NCBI GenBank assembly: GCA_937148845.1
Contig: CAKZRW010000067.1
Location: 1-63,455 of the forward strand
Direction: 5' to 3'
Length of the DNA: 63,455 bases
Source of the DNA: an uncultured Actinomycetes bacterium
Lineage (GTDB): Bacteria; Actinomycetota; Thermoleophilia; RBG-16-64-13
The notes under the pieces are model-generated. The model was not told where the DNA came from. It saw only the letters and a list, made by a program, of their open reading frames with translations, and did no database searches. The position numbers and the translations under genes are program-made. Shown here piece after piece: positions 29,801 to 42,082 of the stretch. Positions within the stretch are counted from its first letter, which is position 1. The number at the start of each line of letters is the position of its first letter.

Positions 29801-30512
29801 GAGGATTGACCTCGGCCAGCTCGGGTATACCGGTCGATTGCATCTCGAGATAGACATTGCTTTCCCCGAAGATGTCGACCAGCCGTTCGACCTCGGCTTT
29901 GGCAGCCCCCAGCTGTCCGTTTTCCAGTGACTTGGAGAGACGCCCACTCGGACAGCCGGAAAGACAGATGAGTCCCTCAGCATGCGCTTTCAGGACCTGA
30001 TAGTCCACCCGCGGCTTGTAGTAGTAGCCCTCCAGGAAGGCCAAGCTACCCAAGCGGAGTAGATTGCGATAGCCGACCTGATCGCGGGCAAGGAGGGTGA
30101 GGTGCCAGCGCTGCTCGTTCTGGGCCTCCTTACGGAAGCGGTCCTCCACCACATACGCCTCCAGCCCGATAATGGGCTTGATGCCGGCCTTACGGCAGGC
30201 TAGATAGAACTGGATGACGCCCGAAAGTACCCCGTGATCGGTGATGGCCAGCGCCGTCATACCGAGCTCGGCCGCCCGGGTGACAAGGTCCTCCACCTTG
30301 CAGGCTCCATCCAGGGCGGAGTAGTGGGTGTGCACATGCAGATGACAGAAGTCCGCCTCTTTGGCGACCCGATCGCGAGGTTCCTCTCGCTCGCTGACAG
30401 AGACGGAGTCCCCCATGGTGGAGACGGCTCCCTCTGCGTCGCCGGCGTTTTGCTGGCCGACGGCCTCAGTTGCGTCAACAGATTCTGCGTCGAAAGATGC
30501 CGGTGATTGCAC
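26871..30512 (-). CDS. dnaE: DNA polymerase III alpha subunit
   Basis: PHP HLHVHTHYS and TDHG, GPGRGSAAGS, FERFLNPDRISMPDIDIDF, LLKIDFLGL, FNKSHA, C-terminal OB fold; start uncertain. Confidence 0.97.
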   Translation of the reverse strand: MQSPASFDAESVDATEAVGQQNAGDAEGAVSTMGDSVSVSEREEPRDRVAKEADFCHLHVHTHYSALDGACKVEDLVTRAAELGMTALAITDHGVLSGVIQFYLACRKAGIKPIIGLEAYVVEDRFRKEAQNEQRWHLTLLARDQVGYRNLLRLGSLAFLEGYYYKPRVDYQVLKAHAEGLICLSGCPSGRLSKSLENGQLGAAKAEVERLVDIFGESNVYLEMQSTGIPELAEVNPRLAELAAETGLKLAATNDVHYLRAEDAPAHDVLLCIQTGARLADEDRLRLSSEEFYLKSPEEMRRAFRDFPEALPTTLEIAQRCNVDIELGGMLLPNFPVPPGHDEASCLRELCEQGLRRRYGEAVTPEIRERLENELAVIEKMGFPPYFLIVWDFVSYAKRAGIPVGPGRGSAAGSLVSYLLGITDLDPIRYNLLFERFLNPDRISMPDIDIDFSVSGRDKVIEYVANKYGRDRVAQIATFGTIKARQAIRDAARVMDVPYSQADRIAKLVPEVLNITLADCLADSRGELRQAYDSDELVRKVVDIARPLEGLIRQDSIHAAGVVISKGPLTEHLPLMQKGEAEVVTQVSMTDVERLGLLKIDFLGLRNLDVIDSAVKIIRSGIDPEFDIGTIPLDDPATFRMLARGDSEGVFQFESSGMREALREIQPTKLDDLIALVALYRPGPMDFIPQYARNKRDPESIVYPDERLRTILSPTYGVAIYQEQLMEISKVIGGFTPARADDLRKAIGKKIKSKLDELEPKFRAGAAATGTAPEVIDYLWSLMERAGDYSFNKSHAACYALISYRTAYLKANYPVQYMAALISSVMDTKDKVPFYVNVANEMGIEVLPPDINESVLDFRDVEGRIRFGLNAVKNVGETAIRNILEAREKGGPFTDLFDFCERVDLTVVNQRAVESLIKSGAMDSIGPSRRGMLSVLPQAMAYGKKTKADADRGQASIFDLFVDEEASGNGAGDRPKKNGNGVLPVPIPTADFSREELLALEKETLGLYVTAHPLHDLRNHIRREAGHSIAQLADLPDGTVTTIIGMVSQVKRITTKKTGETMAFVTLEGLEGTVEVLCFPSVYQESKDLLVEDRVVKVKGRVDHKDETETKFIPLAIEAFSPKTGLEPVALTVDGEAFPHTVIEDLKHILSRFPGPCWVDMYVRHRQGVHRLRFGDGFRVEPQAGLFAELKALLGDDCVCQGRPVRGQRSRGV

Positions 30513-30636
30513 GAGGCTTCCCTAGGAATACGGACTTGGACAAACGCTTCGCTTAGACCTGATTCTACCCAAAGGCCCCTTCGCCCTCAAGGAACTAGGA
30601 TGACTACCAGCGGACAAAATCCGCTAGGAGCGGGTT

Positions 30637-31218
30637 TTAGGTAAGGACTGCGATCAGCTCCGCTGCCGCGGGGAACAAGGACTCCAGTTTCTCCCGGACC
30701 CCCAGCTCGAAGTCCTCGTACTCGAAGCCGGGACTCACCACGCAGCCCACCAGCGACCAACCGTTTACAGCCCCCGACTCCGCCGGGGCCACTCTCGCCG
30801 CCACCCAGCGCCCCCCGGGAACCAGCGCCTGCGGCGAGCCCGGCCCGAGCCGCAGCCGCTCATAGGACCCGCGACCAACCTCGGGCGGCATCTGCTCTGG
30901 GGCCAAGAGAAACAGCTCGGTCGGGAGCCCGGCATGGTAGAACCATACCTCGTCAAACCGCAGTCGATGGAAGCGACTGGGCGATTCGCTGGTGAGGAGA
31001 TAGAGGATGGAAGTGACCAAAGACCGGGGGCCGACTGGAGTGGGTACCAGCACCGGCGAACGGTAGGTCTCGCGGAAATAGCCGCCCTCCTGGTGCGGCC
31101 GCAACCCCAGAGCCGCGACAACTTCCTCGCTGCTCCTCGGAGCGCCGTTTGTCAGCTCGGCGCCGCCGGGCGCGCTATTCTTCGACCTGGACGGGGTTGC
31201 GTAGATATCCCACCCCAT
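30637..31218 (-). CDS. Cupin superfamily protein (DUF985/Cupin_5-like)
   Basis: LGLRPHQEGGYFRETYRS, TSILYLL, FHRL, DEVWFYH, GCVVSPGFEYEDFEL. Confidence 0.88.
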   Translation of the reverse strand: MGWDIYATPSRSKNSAPGGAELTNGAPRSSEEVVAALGLRPHQEGGYFRETYRSPVLVPTPVGPRSLVTSILYLLTSESPSRFHRLRFDEVWFYHAGLPTELFLLAPEQMPPEVGRGSYERLRLGPGSPQALVPGGRWVAARVAPAESGAVNGWSLVGCVVSPGFEYEDFELGVREKLESLFPAAAELIAVLT

Positions 31219-31960
31219 CGATCTCCACCTCGACCTCGTCGCCCGGCCGCAGTTCCCCGACGCCCGGCGGGGTCCCCAGCATGATGAGGTCGCCGCGTTT
31301 CAGGGTCATAGCTTGGCTTATCAAGGCGATGATGGTGTAGGGGTCGCGGATCATATCCTTGACCTGCCCTTCTTGTCGTAGACGACCGTTGACCCGGGTG
31401 CGTATCCAGGCTTCGGGCGAGGGTTCTTCGGTCTCCAGGAACGGCCCCGCCACGGCGAAAGTGTCGTAGCCTTTGGCTCGCCACCACTGCTTGTCTTTGG
31501 CCTGCAGGTCACGTTCGGTGACATCGTTGGCGCACGTCCATCCCCAGACTGCCCCTCTTGCTTCCTCTGGAGTGACCCGACGGATATCACGGCTTATGAC
31601 CACCGCAAGCTCACCTTCGTATTCCACCCGGGTGGCGTCCCGCGGATAGACGATGACCTCGCCATGCCCTATGAGACTCGAAGAAGGCTTGAGGAAGAGT
31701 AGAGGCGGCGGCATCTCTCCCGCAGGGGGAGCCGTCACCTGCTGACCTTGAGCCGTGCGCTCGGCCATCTCTTTGATGTGGTCCGGGAAGTTCCAGCCTA
31801 CAGCTAAGATCTTGCCCGGCGCCACCGGGGGCAGCAGCTCCACCTCCTCTTCCCGCACGCTCCGGCCGGCCAAGGGTTCCGGAGCCTCGACCAGATACCC
31901 GGCACAGGTGACCCGCGCCCGGCACTCCATGCCCTGCCACAGGATGCGCGCGATCTTCAC
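31175..31960 (-). CDS. Fumarylacetoacetate hydrolase family protein
   Basis: LFLKPSSS, EYEGELAVVI, ANDVTERD, RAKGYDTF, GDLIMLGTPPGVG; GTG 31960 just after cimA stop. Confidence 0.92.
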   Translation of the reverse strand: MKIARILWQGMECRARVTCAGYLVEAPEPLAGRSVREEEVELLPPVAPGKILAVGWNFPDHIKEMAERTAQGQQVTAPPAGEMPPPLLFLKPSSSLIGHGEVIVYPRDATRVEYEGELAVVISRDIRRVTPEEARGAVWGWTCANDVTERDLQAKDKQWWRAKGYDTFAVAGPFLETEEPSPEAWIRTRVNGRLRQEGQVKDMIRDPYTIIALISQAMTLKRGDLIMLGTPPGVGELRPGDEVEVEIDGVGYLRNPVQVEE

Positions 31961-31964
31961 GGGC

Positions 31965-33659
31965 TCACACCCCCGCCGCTCCCGCGCCGCCTTGGACACC
32001 TCTACCGGATTCGCTGTCGCCGGGCGCGCGGTAGCCGCGCCCTTCGTCGCCGGCCTCTGCCGGTCCCGGCGTCTGCGCGTCCTCACCAGCCTTCAGCAGG
32101 CCGTAACAGATGGAGTCGACCAGAGCCTGCCAAGAGGCCTCCACTACGTTGACACTCACGCCTACGCTTCCCCAGTTCTCATGGCCGTCCGAGGAATCGA
32201 GCAGAACACGGGTCTTGGCCGCGGTGCCCTTGTCCTCATCCAAGATGCGCACGCTGTAGTTGACCAGGTGTATGTCGTGCACCCGCGGATACTTGCGTTG
32301 GATGGCAAGACGCAGGGCTTTATCCAGCGCGTTGACCGGTCCGTTGCCCTCCGCCGTCTCGATCAGACGCTCCCCGCCGACGTGGACCTTGACCGTGGCT
32401 TCACTAGTGGTCTCGCCGTCTGCCCGTTTCTCCACGATGATGCGGAAGCTCTCCAGCCGGAAGAGCTCGACCTGCAGCCCCATCTCCGCCCGCAGCAACA
32501 ATTCGAAGGAAGCATCGGCGGCTTCGTAGTGGTAGCCTTCGTACTCTTTCTCCTTGACCCGGGCCAGGATCCGCTCGATCAGCTCTTTCTCGTCGTGCCC
32601 GGGATAGCCGAGCTCACGGATACGCTGCTTGATGGTGGCCCGGCCCGAAAGCTCCGACACCAGGACATGGGGAGTGTTGCCCACCAAGCGGGGGTCGATG
32701 TGCTCGAAGGTCGACGGATCCCGCTCCACCGCGGCCACGTGCATCCCCCCTTTGTGTGCGAACGCGTTACGCCCTACGTAGGGCTGATGGGGGTCGGGAG
32801 CCACGTTGCAGAGCTCGGCCACGAAACGAGCAGTGTCGGTCAGCCGCTCAAGATTCTCCAAGGAGATGCAGTCTATGCCCATCTTGAGCTTCAACGCAGG
32901 GATGATGGAGCACAGGTCGGCGTTTCCGCAACGTTCACCGTAGCCGTTGATGGTCCCCTGCACCACATCCGCCCCTTGCGCTACCGCCACCAGCGAGTTG
33001 GCCACCGCGCAACCGGCATCGTTGTGGGTGTGGATGCCCACGCGACAGGCTTCCCCCAAGGCTTTGACCACCTCCGCGACTACCTCGCTCACCTGGAAGG
33101 GCAACGCCGCCCCGTTGGTGTCGCAAAGACACACTGCCTCCGCCCCTGCCTCCACCGCCGTTCGCAGACACTCCATCGCATACTCCGGATCGTGCAAGTA
33201 GGCGTCGAAGAAGTGCTCAGCATCGTAGAAGACGCGCTTGCCCTGCCGGCGAAGGAAGTCCACCGACTCGTAGATCATGTGGAGGTTCTCCTCCCGGCCG
33301 ACCCGCAACACCTTCTTGACGTGGAGTTCCCAGGTCTTGCCCACCAGGGTCACCAGAGGCGTCCAACCTGCGGCCAGTGCGACCAGCCCAGCGTCCTCAT
33401 CCGCCCTGACCTTAGCCGGCCTGGTCATGCCGAACGCCGCCACCACCATGTCCCCCAGGTCCACCTGCTCAAGACGACGGAAGAACTCGGCATCTTTGGG
33501 GTTGGAGCTAGGAAAACCTCCTTCGAGGAGGTGGACTCCCAGCTCCGCCAACCGCACAGCGATGCGCACCTTTTCGTCGACGGATACGCTCAGGCCCTCC
33601 CGCTGCATGCCGTCGCGGAGAGTGGTGTCGTAGAGCAGTAGTGGGCGCCGCATCTGCAT
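31965..33659 (-). CDS. cimA: Citramalate synthase (LeuA/CimA family)
   Basis: YDTTLRDGMQREG, SNPKD, YDAEHFFD, LCDTNG, HTHND, GERCGNA, FAHKGGMH, GNGPVNALD. Confidence 0.9.
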   Translation of the reverse strand: MQMRRPLLLYDTTLRDGMQREGLSVSVDEKVRIAVRLAELGVHLLEGGFPSSNPKDAEFFRRLEQVDLGDMVVAAFGMTRPAKVRADEDAGLVALAAGWTPLVTLVGKTWELHVKKVLRVGREENLHMIYESVDFLRRQGKRVFYDAEHFFDAYLHDPEYAMECLRTAVEAGAEAVCLCDTNGAALPFQVSEVVAEVVKALGEACRVGIHTHNDAGCAVANSLVAVAQGADVVQGTINGYGERCGNADLCSIIPALKLKMGIDCISLENLERLTDTARFVAELCNVAPDPHQPYVGRNAFAHKGGMHVAAVERDPSTFEHIDPRLVGNTPHVLVSELSGRATIKQRIRELGYPGHDEKELIERILARVKEKEYEGYHYEAADASFELLLRAEMGLQVELFRLESFRIIVEKRADGETTSEATVKVHVGGERLIETAEGNGPVNALDKALRLAIQRKYPRVHDIHLVNYSVRILDEDKGTAAKTRVLLDSSDGHENWGSVGVSVNVVEASWQALVDSICYGLLKAGEDAQTPGPAEAGDEGRGYRAPGDSESGRGVQGGAGAAGV

Positions 33660-33676
33660 GAGACTTCCTTGGCTGG

Positions 33677-34552
33677 CTAAACGGCGTCAACGGCCGTGCC
33701 GGTGTTACGAGTGTACTCGCGGAAACGGGCGATGATCTCCTTGGTCACGGGTCCCGGCACCCCGGCCCCGATAGGCCGCTTGTCCACCTCCACCACCGGA
33801 CCCACCTCAGCCGCGGTACCGGTGAGGAAAGCCTCGTCGGCCGTGTAGACATCGTACAGGGTGTAGAAGCCTTCCTCCACCTCGAGTCCCATGCCCGCCG
33901 CCAAGCGCATGACCACCGCCCGGGTGATCCCTTTGAGAGCCCCGGTGGCCGGATGGGGGGTGAGCAACTTGCGTCCCTTGACCATGAAGAAGTTGTCCGC
34001 CGTGCACTCACACACGTAGCCCGAAGTAGTGAGAAACAGACCTTCGTTCACTTCGCAGCCGCGTAGCTCCAAGGCGCCCATGACGTTGTTGAGGTAGTTG
34101 AGACTCTTGACAGCCGGGTTGAGAGCTTGCGGATCGTTACGGCGGGTCGAGAGGGTGACGACCTTGAAGCCACGCTCATAGACCTCGGGGGGATAGAGGG
34201 TGATGCCGCCGGCGATGCAGAATACGGTGGGTCGGGGGCACTTGGCAGGATTAAGACCCAGATCTCCCACTCCCCTTGTCACTACCAGCCGAATGTAGCC
34301 GTCCCTGGCGTCATTACGGCGGATGGTCTCCATCATCGCTGCTATCAGTTCGTCGCGAGAGAGCGGGATCTCGAGGGCGATGATCTTAGCCGACGCATAC
34401 AGCCGGTCGATGTGGGCGTCAAGCTCGAAGACCCGCCCCCCATAGGTGCGGATGCCTTCGAACACGCCGTCACCGTAGAGCAGACCGTGGTCGAAGACGC
34501 TGATCTTGGCGTCCTCCTTGCTGTAGAACTCGCCGTCGATGTAGATCTGCAT
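33677..34552 (-). CDS. ilvE: Branched-chain amino acid aminotransferase
   Basis: DHGLLYGDGVFEG, KSLNY, LKGITR, ADEAFLTGTAAEV; ATG 34552 after GGGAGG. Confidence 0.93.
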   Translation of the reverse strand: MQIYIDGEFYSKEDAKISVFDHGLLYGDGVFEGIRTYGGRVFELDAHIDRLYASAKIIALEIPLSRDELIAAMMETIRRNDARDGYIRLVVTRGVGDLGLNPAKCPRPTVFCIAGGITLYPPEVYERGFKVVTLSTRRNDPQALNPAVKSLNYLNNVMGALELRGCEVNEGLFLTTSGYVCECTADNFFMVKGRKLLTPHPATGALKGITRAVVMRLAAGMGLEVEEGFYTLYDVYTADEAFLTGTAAEVGPVVEVDKRPIGAGVPGPVTKEIIARFREYTRNTGTAVDAV

Positions 34553-34736
34553 GTGGCCCTCCCTGCGTCCCTTTCGCCTCTCCGCCCGCTTACTCAAGTT
34601 TCTGAGAACCCCGGAGGTTTCGACACGAATAACGCAGTATACAAAATCTGCCCCTTTTCCGGGCTGACTGCGCCCCATGGGCAGATTGCAGCAAGGATTC
34701 CTGCACGAAGAGAGGCCCCCCGCGCCCCCTCGATGC

Positions 34737-36911
34737 TCAGGTCACAAGCCTCCCTACTTGGAAGACGATGATGCCCAGCAGCAGAGCCAGCACCAGCATC
34801 AGCCCCAGTTGGACGCCCGTCCAGCGCCAGGAGTGGGACTCCTGCCGGATGGCTGCTACCGTGGCCACGCAGGGTACGAAGGTCATCTGCACCACGAGGA
34901 AAGCGACTGCCGCAGCGGGCACCAAGAGTCCTGCCAAAGCCTCTGCCAGCCCCGGACCCGCCACCCCGCTCTCGCTCCCGAAAAGAACTCCCAGCGTGGC
35001 CACGCTGTTCTCTTTAGCCACGAAACTGGAAAGAAGGGCCACGATCAGCCGCCAGTCTCCCATCCCGAGCAGCGAGAAGAAGGGGGCAAGCCCCCGCCCG
35101 ATCACCCCCAGGACACTCTGCTCGGGAGTGCCGCCCGGGAAATTGGAGAGCACCCATACCACGGCCGATACCAGCACGATGACCGTGCCCGCTTTCTTCA
35201 AGAAGGCGATGATATTCCGCCACACGTACAGGCCAATGGTGCGCGCGTTGGGAAGATGATAGAGCGGCATCTCCATGATGAAAGCGCTGCGCTCCCCCTT
35301 GAACACCAGCCTGTTGACCGCCACTCCCACGATAGCCAACACCACCAGGTTCCCTCCTACCAGACCCACCAGAGCCCAAGGGGCAGCAGCTCCAAAGAAG
35401 GCCGGGGTGAGAAAGGCAAGGACCGCTAGACGACCGGTGCAGGGCACAAAGGGGGTAAGCATCATGGTGAGCATCCGGGCCCGCTTCTCTTCGATGATAC
35501 GCGTGCCCAGGATGGCCGGGATGTTACAGCCGAAACCGAGCAACAAGGGCATGCACGACTTGCCATGCAGACCCATCCAGTGCATGTAGCGGTCCATCAC
35601 ATAAGCGATGCGAGCCATGTACCCTACATCCTCCAACAAACCGAGCGCTGCAAAGAAGACGATGAGGATGGGGATGAAGGAGACCACAGTGCCCGCTCCC
35701 GCAAGAGCCCCATTGACGATCAACCCCTCCAGCCACTCGGGACCCCACGCCAGAGCTTGGCGCAGCGGGTCTGAGAACGGCCCCGAGATGAGCCCGCCCA
35801 GCGCCCGCGAGGCTGGTCCCGCCACCTGGTAGGTGATCCAGAAAAGTATAGCCAGCGCCGCCAGTAACAACCCTAGCCCCCACAAGGGGTGAGTGGCTAC
35901 CCGGTCTACCCGATCGGTGATCCCAGCTACACCGCGGCGCGGCCGTACTACGGCCGCGCGCACCATCCTCGCCACCCAGTCGTAACGGCCTCCAGCGATG
36001 TCGAGATAAGCGTCCTCATGTTGAGCTAACAGGGGATGTACGGCTTCCCACACTTCCGGGACTCGCTCCCGGACCAGGTTGGCAGCGTCGACATCCCCCT
36101 CCAGCAGTTTGAGAGCCACATACGAGACCGGATACTCAGGCGGAAGCCGCCCCTCCAGCAGCCTCTCGAGCTCAGCCAATACCGGCTCGTGTTTGGCTCG
36201 GATGCTTGGCCGATTGGGCCGGAAGCGACGAGGCTCCTCGACCACTGAGACTGCCGCTTCGACGAGGTCCTCAAGACCTCTACGCTTGCTCGCCACGAGC
36301 TCCACCACCGGCAGACCCAGAGCGACGGCCAGCACAGGTACCTCCACATGCACCCCATGGGCCTCCGCTACATCGACCATGTTCACCCCTACCACTACCG
36401 GGACGGGCAGCATCAGGAGCTCCGCTACCAGATAGAGGTTCCGTTCCAGGGAAGCCGCGTTGACGATGGCGATGACCACGTCGGGCCGCTCCTTTAGAAG
36501 GTAGTCCCGGGCGATGCGCTCCTCCTCCGAGCCGGAAGTAAGAGTGTAGGTGCCAGGGAGATCGACCAGCTCGATGCGCAGAGGTCGCGCTTCAGTGAGG
36601 CGGAGGGTATGGTGGGGCCTCGGTAACCGGTGGGGACCTCCCGGTCGCGCATGACCCGGGCGGGCCGGCCCGGGGAGAGCTCTTAGACCTCGAGGGCCGC
36701 CGCCCGCACTCCCAGACCTCGGGCCTCTGGGCCGGTACTCGAAGTACCCGACCTTGCGCTCCACCGTCTTCCCCGGCCAGTTGCCGACATGCTGGTTGAG
36801 TCCGGTCAGGGCGTTGAAGACAGTGCTCTTGCCCACATTCGGCTGACCGGCAAGAGCTATGCGGAGAGGCCGGGGCGACCTGACCGGACTTGGGCCTCTA
36901 CTCTCTGCCAT
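34737..36911 (-). CDS. feoB: Ferrous iron transporter FeoB
   Basis: GQPNVGKS, VGNWPGKTV, DLPGTY, NMVD, GFGCNIPA, VPC, AKEN; start taken at ATG 36911 overlapping feoA end. Confidence 0.95.
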   Translation of the reverse strand: MAESRGPSPVRSPRPLRIALAGQPNVGKSTVFNALTGLNQHVGNWPGKTVERKVGYFEYRPRGPRSGSAGGGPRGLRALPGPARPGHARPGGPHRLPRPHHTLRLTEARPLRIELVDLPGTYTLTSGSEEERIARDYLLKERPDVVIAIVNAASLERNLYLVAELLMLPVPVVVGVNMVDVAEAHGVHVEVPVLAVALGLPVVELVASKRRGLEDLVEAAVSVVEEPRRFRPNRPSIRAKHEPVLAELERLLEGRLPPEYPVSYVALKLLEGDVDAANLVRERVPEVWEAVHPLLAQHEDAYLDIAGGRYDWVARMVRAAVVRPRRGVAGITDRVDRVATHPLWGLGLLLAALAILFWITYQVAGPASRALGGLISGPFSDPLRQALAWGPEWLEGLIVNGALAGAGTVVSFIPILIVFFAALGLLEDVGYMARIAYVMDRYMHWMGLHGKSCMPLLLGFGCNIPAILGTRIIEEKRARMLTMMLTPFVPCTGRLAVLAFLTPAFFGAAAPWALVGLVGGNLVVLAIVGVAVNRLVFKGERSAFIMEMPLYHLPNARTIGLYVWRNIIAFLKKAGTVIVLVSAVVWVLSNFPGGTPEQSVLGVIGRGLAPFFSLLGMGDWRLIVALLSSFVAKENSVATLGVLFGSESGVAGPGLAEALAGLLVPAAAVAFLVVQMTFVPCVATVAAIRQESHSWRWTGVQLGLMLVLALLLGIIVFQVGRLVT

Positions 36912-37176
36912 TCCCACTCTGTTTGTGGCCGGGATCCGGCTCCTCGGCCCCCGGTTTCGGCTCCACCAGGACTTTCTCAGCTTGTCCTCGTCCAAGCGCC
37001 ACCCGGGCTCCGTGGACCTCCACGATGACCGGGCCCCGGCCTCGGTTCTGAAGCACGCAGACCTCGCATCCAGGAGTAAGGCCCAACGCAATCAGCCGGG
37101 CAGCCAGACCCCGCCCGCACGGCAAGGCCACCACTTTGGCGAACGCCCTCTCCGGAAGATGTGCCAGTGTGCTCAT
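36898..37176 (-). CDS. feoA: FeoA family protein
   Basis: RLIALGLTPG...GPVIVEVHGARVALGRGQAEKV; directly upstream of feoB. Confidence 0.9.
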   Translation of the reverse strand: MSTLAHLPERAFAKVVALPCGRGLAARLIALGLTPGCEVCVLQNRGRGPVIVEVHGARVALGRGQAEKVLVEPKPGAEEPDPGHKQSGNGRE

Positions 37177-37616
37177 CGTCTCCTGCCCTTGGCGTAAGAG
37201 ACGAAGTAGGCCAGAGTGTCAGGCTCCAGCACGTGCTCGAGTTTGCACGCAGTACTCTCGGCTCGTTCTTCGGGAATGCCCAGCACACCGGTCAGAAAGT
37301 CCTTGATGGCAAGATGTCTACGCTCCACTTCCAGCGCGATGCGGAAGCCTTCCTCGGTGAGGGTGACATGTCCGTAGCGGGCGTGGGTCACCAGACCGCG
37401 CCCGGCCAGCAGCTTGAGTGCGCCCGTGACCGAGGGCCGCGACACCCCTAACTGGTCGGCGATCTCACTCACCCGTGCGACCCGCGAGGACCGCTCGACC
37501 TGAAGGATGGCCTCCAGGTAGTCTTCCAAGCTGGCGCTGAGCGGCTCGGCTTGAGATGGTGGCAGCGCCTGTACCTCGCCCGGCATGTGAGCCCCTTCCC
37601 TCGCTAGCACTTTCAT
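37173..37616 (-). CDS. DtxR/MntR-family metal-dependent repressor
   Basis: SLEDYLEAI, IADQLGVSRPSVT, RRH, ACKLEH; start may be ATG 37586. Confidence 0.92.
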   Translation of the reverse strand: MKVLAREGAHMPGEVQALPPSQAEPLSASLEDYLEAILQVERSSRVARVSEIADQLGVSRPSVTGALKLLAGRGLVTHARYGHVTLTEEGFRIALEVERRHLAIKDFLTGVLGIPEERAESTACKLEHVLEPDTLAYFVSYAKGRRR

Positions 37617-37623
37617 GTAGGCA

Positions 37624-37658
37624 GTTAGGTATGCCTATTTTAGTGTGCGAAGCCTAAC
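37624..37658. promoter_or_regulatory. Putative DtxR/MntR-type operator region
   Basis: TTAGG-TATG-CCTAT palindrome (37625-37638) within a GTTAGG...CCTAAC inverted repeat, immediately upstream of the repressor-feoA-feoB operon. Confidence 0.6.
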
Positions 37659-37695
37659 AAAGCAAGGGGGGGGACGCAAGAAAGAACGCGAAAGG

Positions 37696-37786
37696 CTTTC
37701 TTGGCGGACGAACGACCTACTTGGCGGACAAACGACCTTCCTGGTAGACAGACGACCTTCTCGGCAGGCGGGTGACCTTCTTGGCG
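37696..37786. repeat. Imperfect 20-bp tandem repeat, about 4.5 copies
   Basis: TTGGCGGACGAACGACCTAC / TTGGCGGACAAACGACCTTC / CTGGTAGACAGACGACCTTC / TCGGCAGGCGGGTGACCTTC / TTGGCG. Confidence 0.8.
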
Positions 37787-37799
37787 CTCGAGCGAACCG

Positions 37800-38737
37800 C
37801 TACACGGCCACGGACTGGGGCTCGACGGCAACGCCCGCCACGACCGTCTGGTTGCGGCCTTGGGCCTTGGCTCGGTAGAGTGCCTCATCGGCGGCTTGTA
37901 TCAGAGCGTCCACGGTACCTCCACGGTAAATAGCGCCCCCTATGCTTACAGTCACCGCCACCTGCTGAGCCTCTACCGAAACCGGGGTCTGGCCGACTCT
38001 AGTCCGGATCCGCTCCAACACCGGGAAGATCCGTTCTGCGGGGAGACCAGGCAGTACGATCAGGAACTCTTCCCCTCCGAATCGCCCCAGCGAGTCGTAC
38101 GAGCGCAAAGCTGCCTGGACTCGTTCCACCACCACCCGGAGAACGATGTCACCTACGACGTGGCCATGAAGGTCGTTTATGCGCTTGAAGTGGTCGATGT
38201 CCAGTAGGCCGACGCTGAGCGCCCGTCCCTCCCGCTCCGCCCGAGACAGCTCTTCTTCCAGTCCGGCCAGAATACCTCTCCGGTTGAGGACGCCAGTGAG
38301 GGGGTCGGTCACGGCAAGCCGCTCCAGCGCAGTCTTGGCCTCCAACAGATTGCGGTTCAGCTCCACGAAGCGCTTGCCTACCAGAAGCCGAGCCCGCAGC
38401 TCGTCCCGGTCAAAGGGCTTGAGTATGTAGTCGTCAGCGCCCGCTTCAAGAGCCGTGGCTAAGTCCTGCTTGTCGGCCCGGGAGGTCAACAGAATGACAT
38501 AGGGCGGATCGTCCAAGCCGAGCGCGCGCAGACGGCGACACACCTCCACCCCGTCCAACCCTGGCATCATCCAGTCGAGTATGGCTAGCGCGGGCGCCTC
38601 GTCCTGGGTGAGGACTTTCCAAGCCTCCTGTCCATCCACCACGGCCACTACCTGGTAGCCCCACCTCTCGAGAACCTTCTGCAAGAGAAGCCGAGAAGAG
38701 GCGTCGTCGTCAGCGATCAGCACTTTCGTGGTGGCGC

Positions 38738-38741
<4 letters not shown>
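37800..38741 (-). CDS. Response-regulator diguanylate cyclase (REC-GGEEF)
   Basis: LIADD, ILDWMMP, TDPLTGVLNRR, DIDHFKRIND..GH, I-site RSYD, RFGGEEF. Confidence 0.94.
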
Positions 38742-41944
<3,203 letters not shown>

Positions 41945-42082
41945 CCTTCAACTGTTCTCCTTTGACAAAGTCGGGCAGACGACCCGTCGTTTGCAATATC
42001 GGCAGGAACCGGGGTCGCCCTTTAGAGGCGATGCTGCGGTTGAGAAGAGGCCGCTAGAAATAAGGGCCGGGGGGCCGCCGTA

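Noticed and set aside
26871-30512. Intein or split dnaE
   Set aside because: Length and motif order fit an uninterrupted DnaE; no intein terminal motifs noticed
31755-33641. 628-aa plus-strand ORF
   Set aside because: Antisense shadow of cimA; no recognisable motifs; long antisense ORFs are expected at this GC content
36912-37091. FeoB N-terminal extension or FeoA-FeoB fusion
   Set aside because: Region is the feoA coding sequence in another frame; feoA has its own stop at 36898
37696-37786. Possible CRISPR array (also 46263-46319 and 51381-51480)
   Set aside because: Units are directly adjacent with no unique spacers, are degenerate, and no cas genes are present
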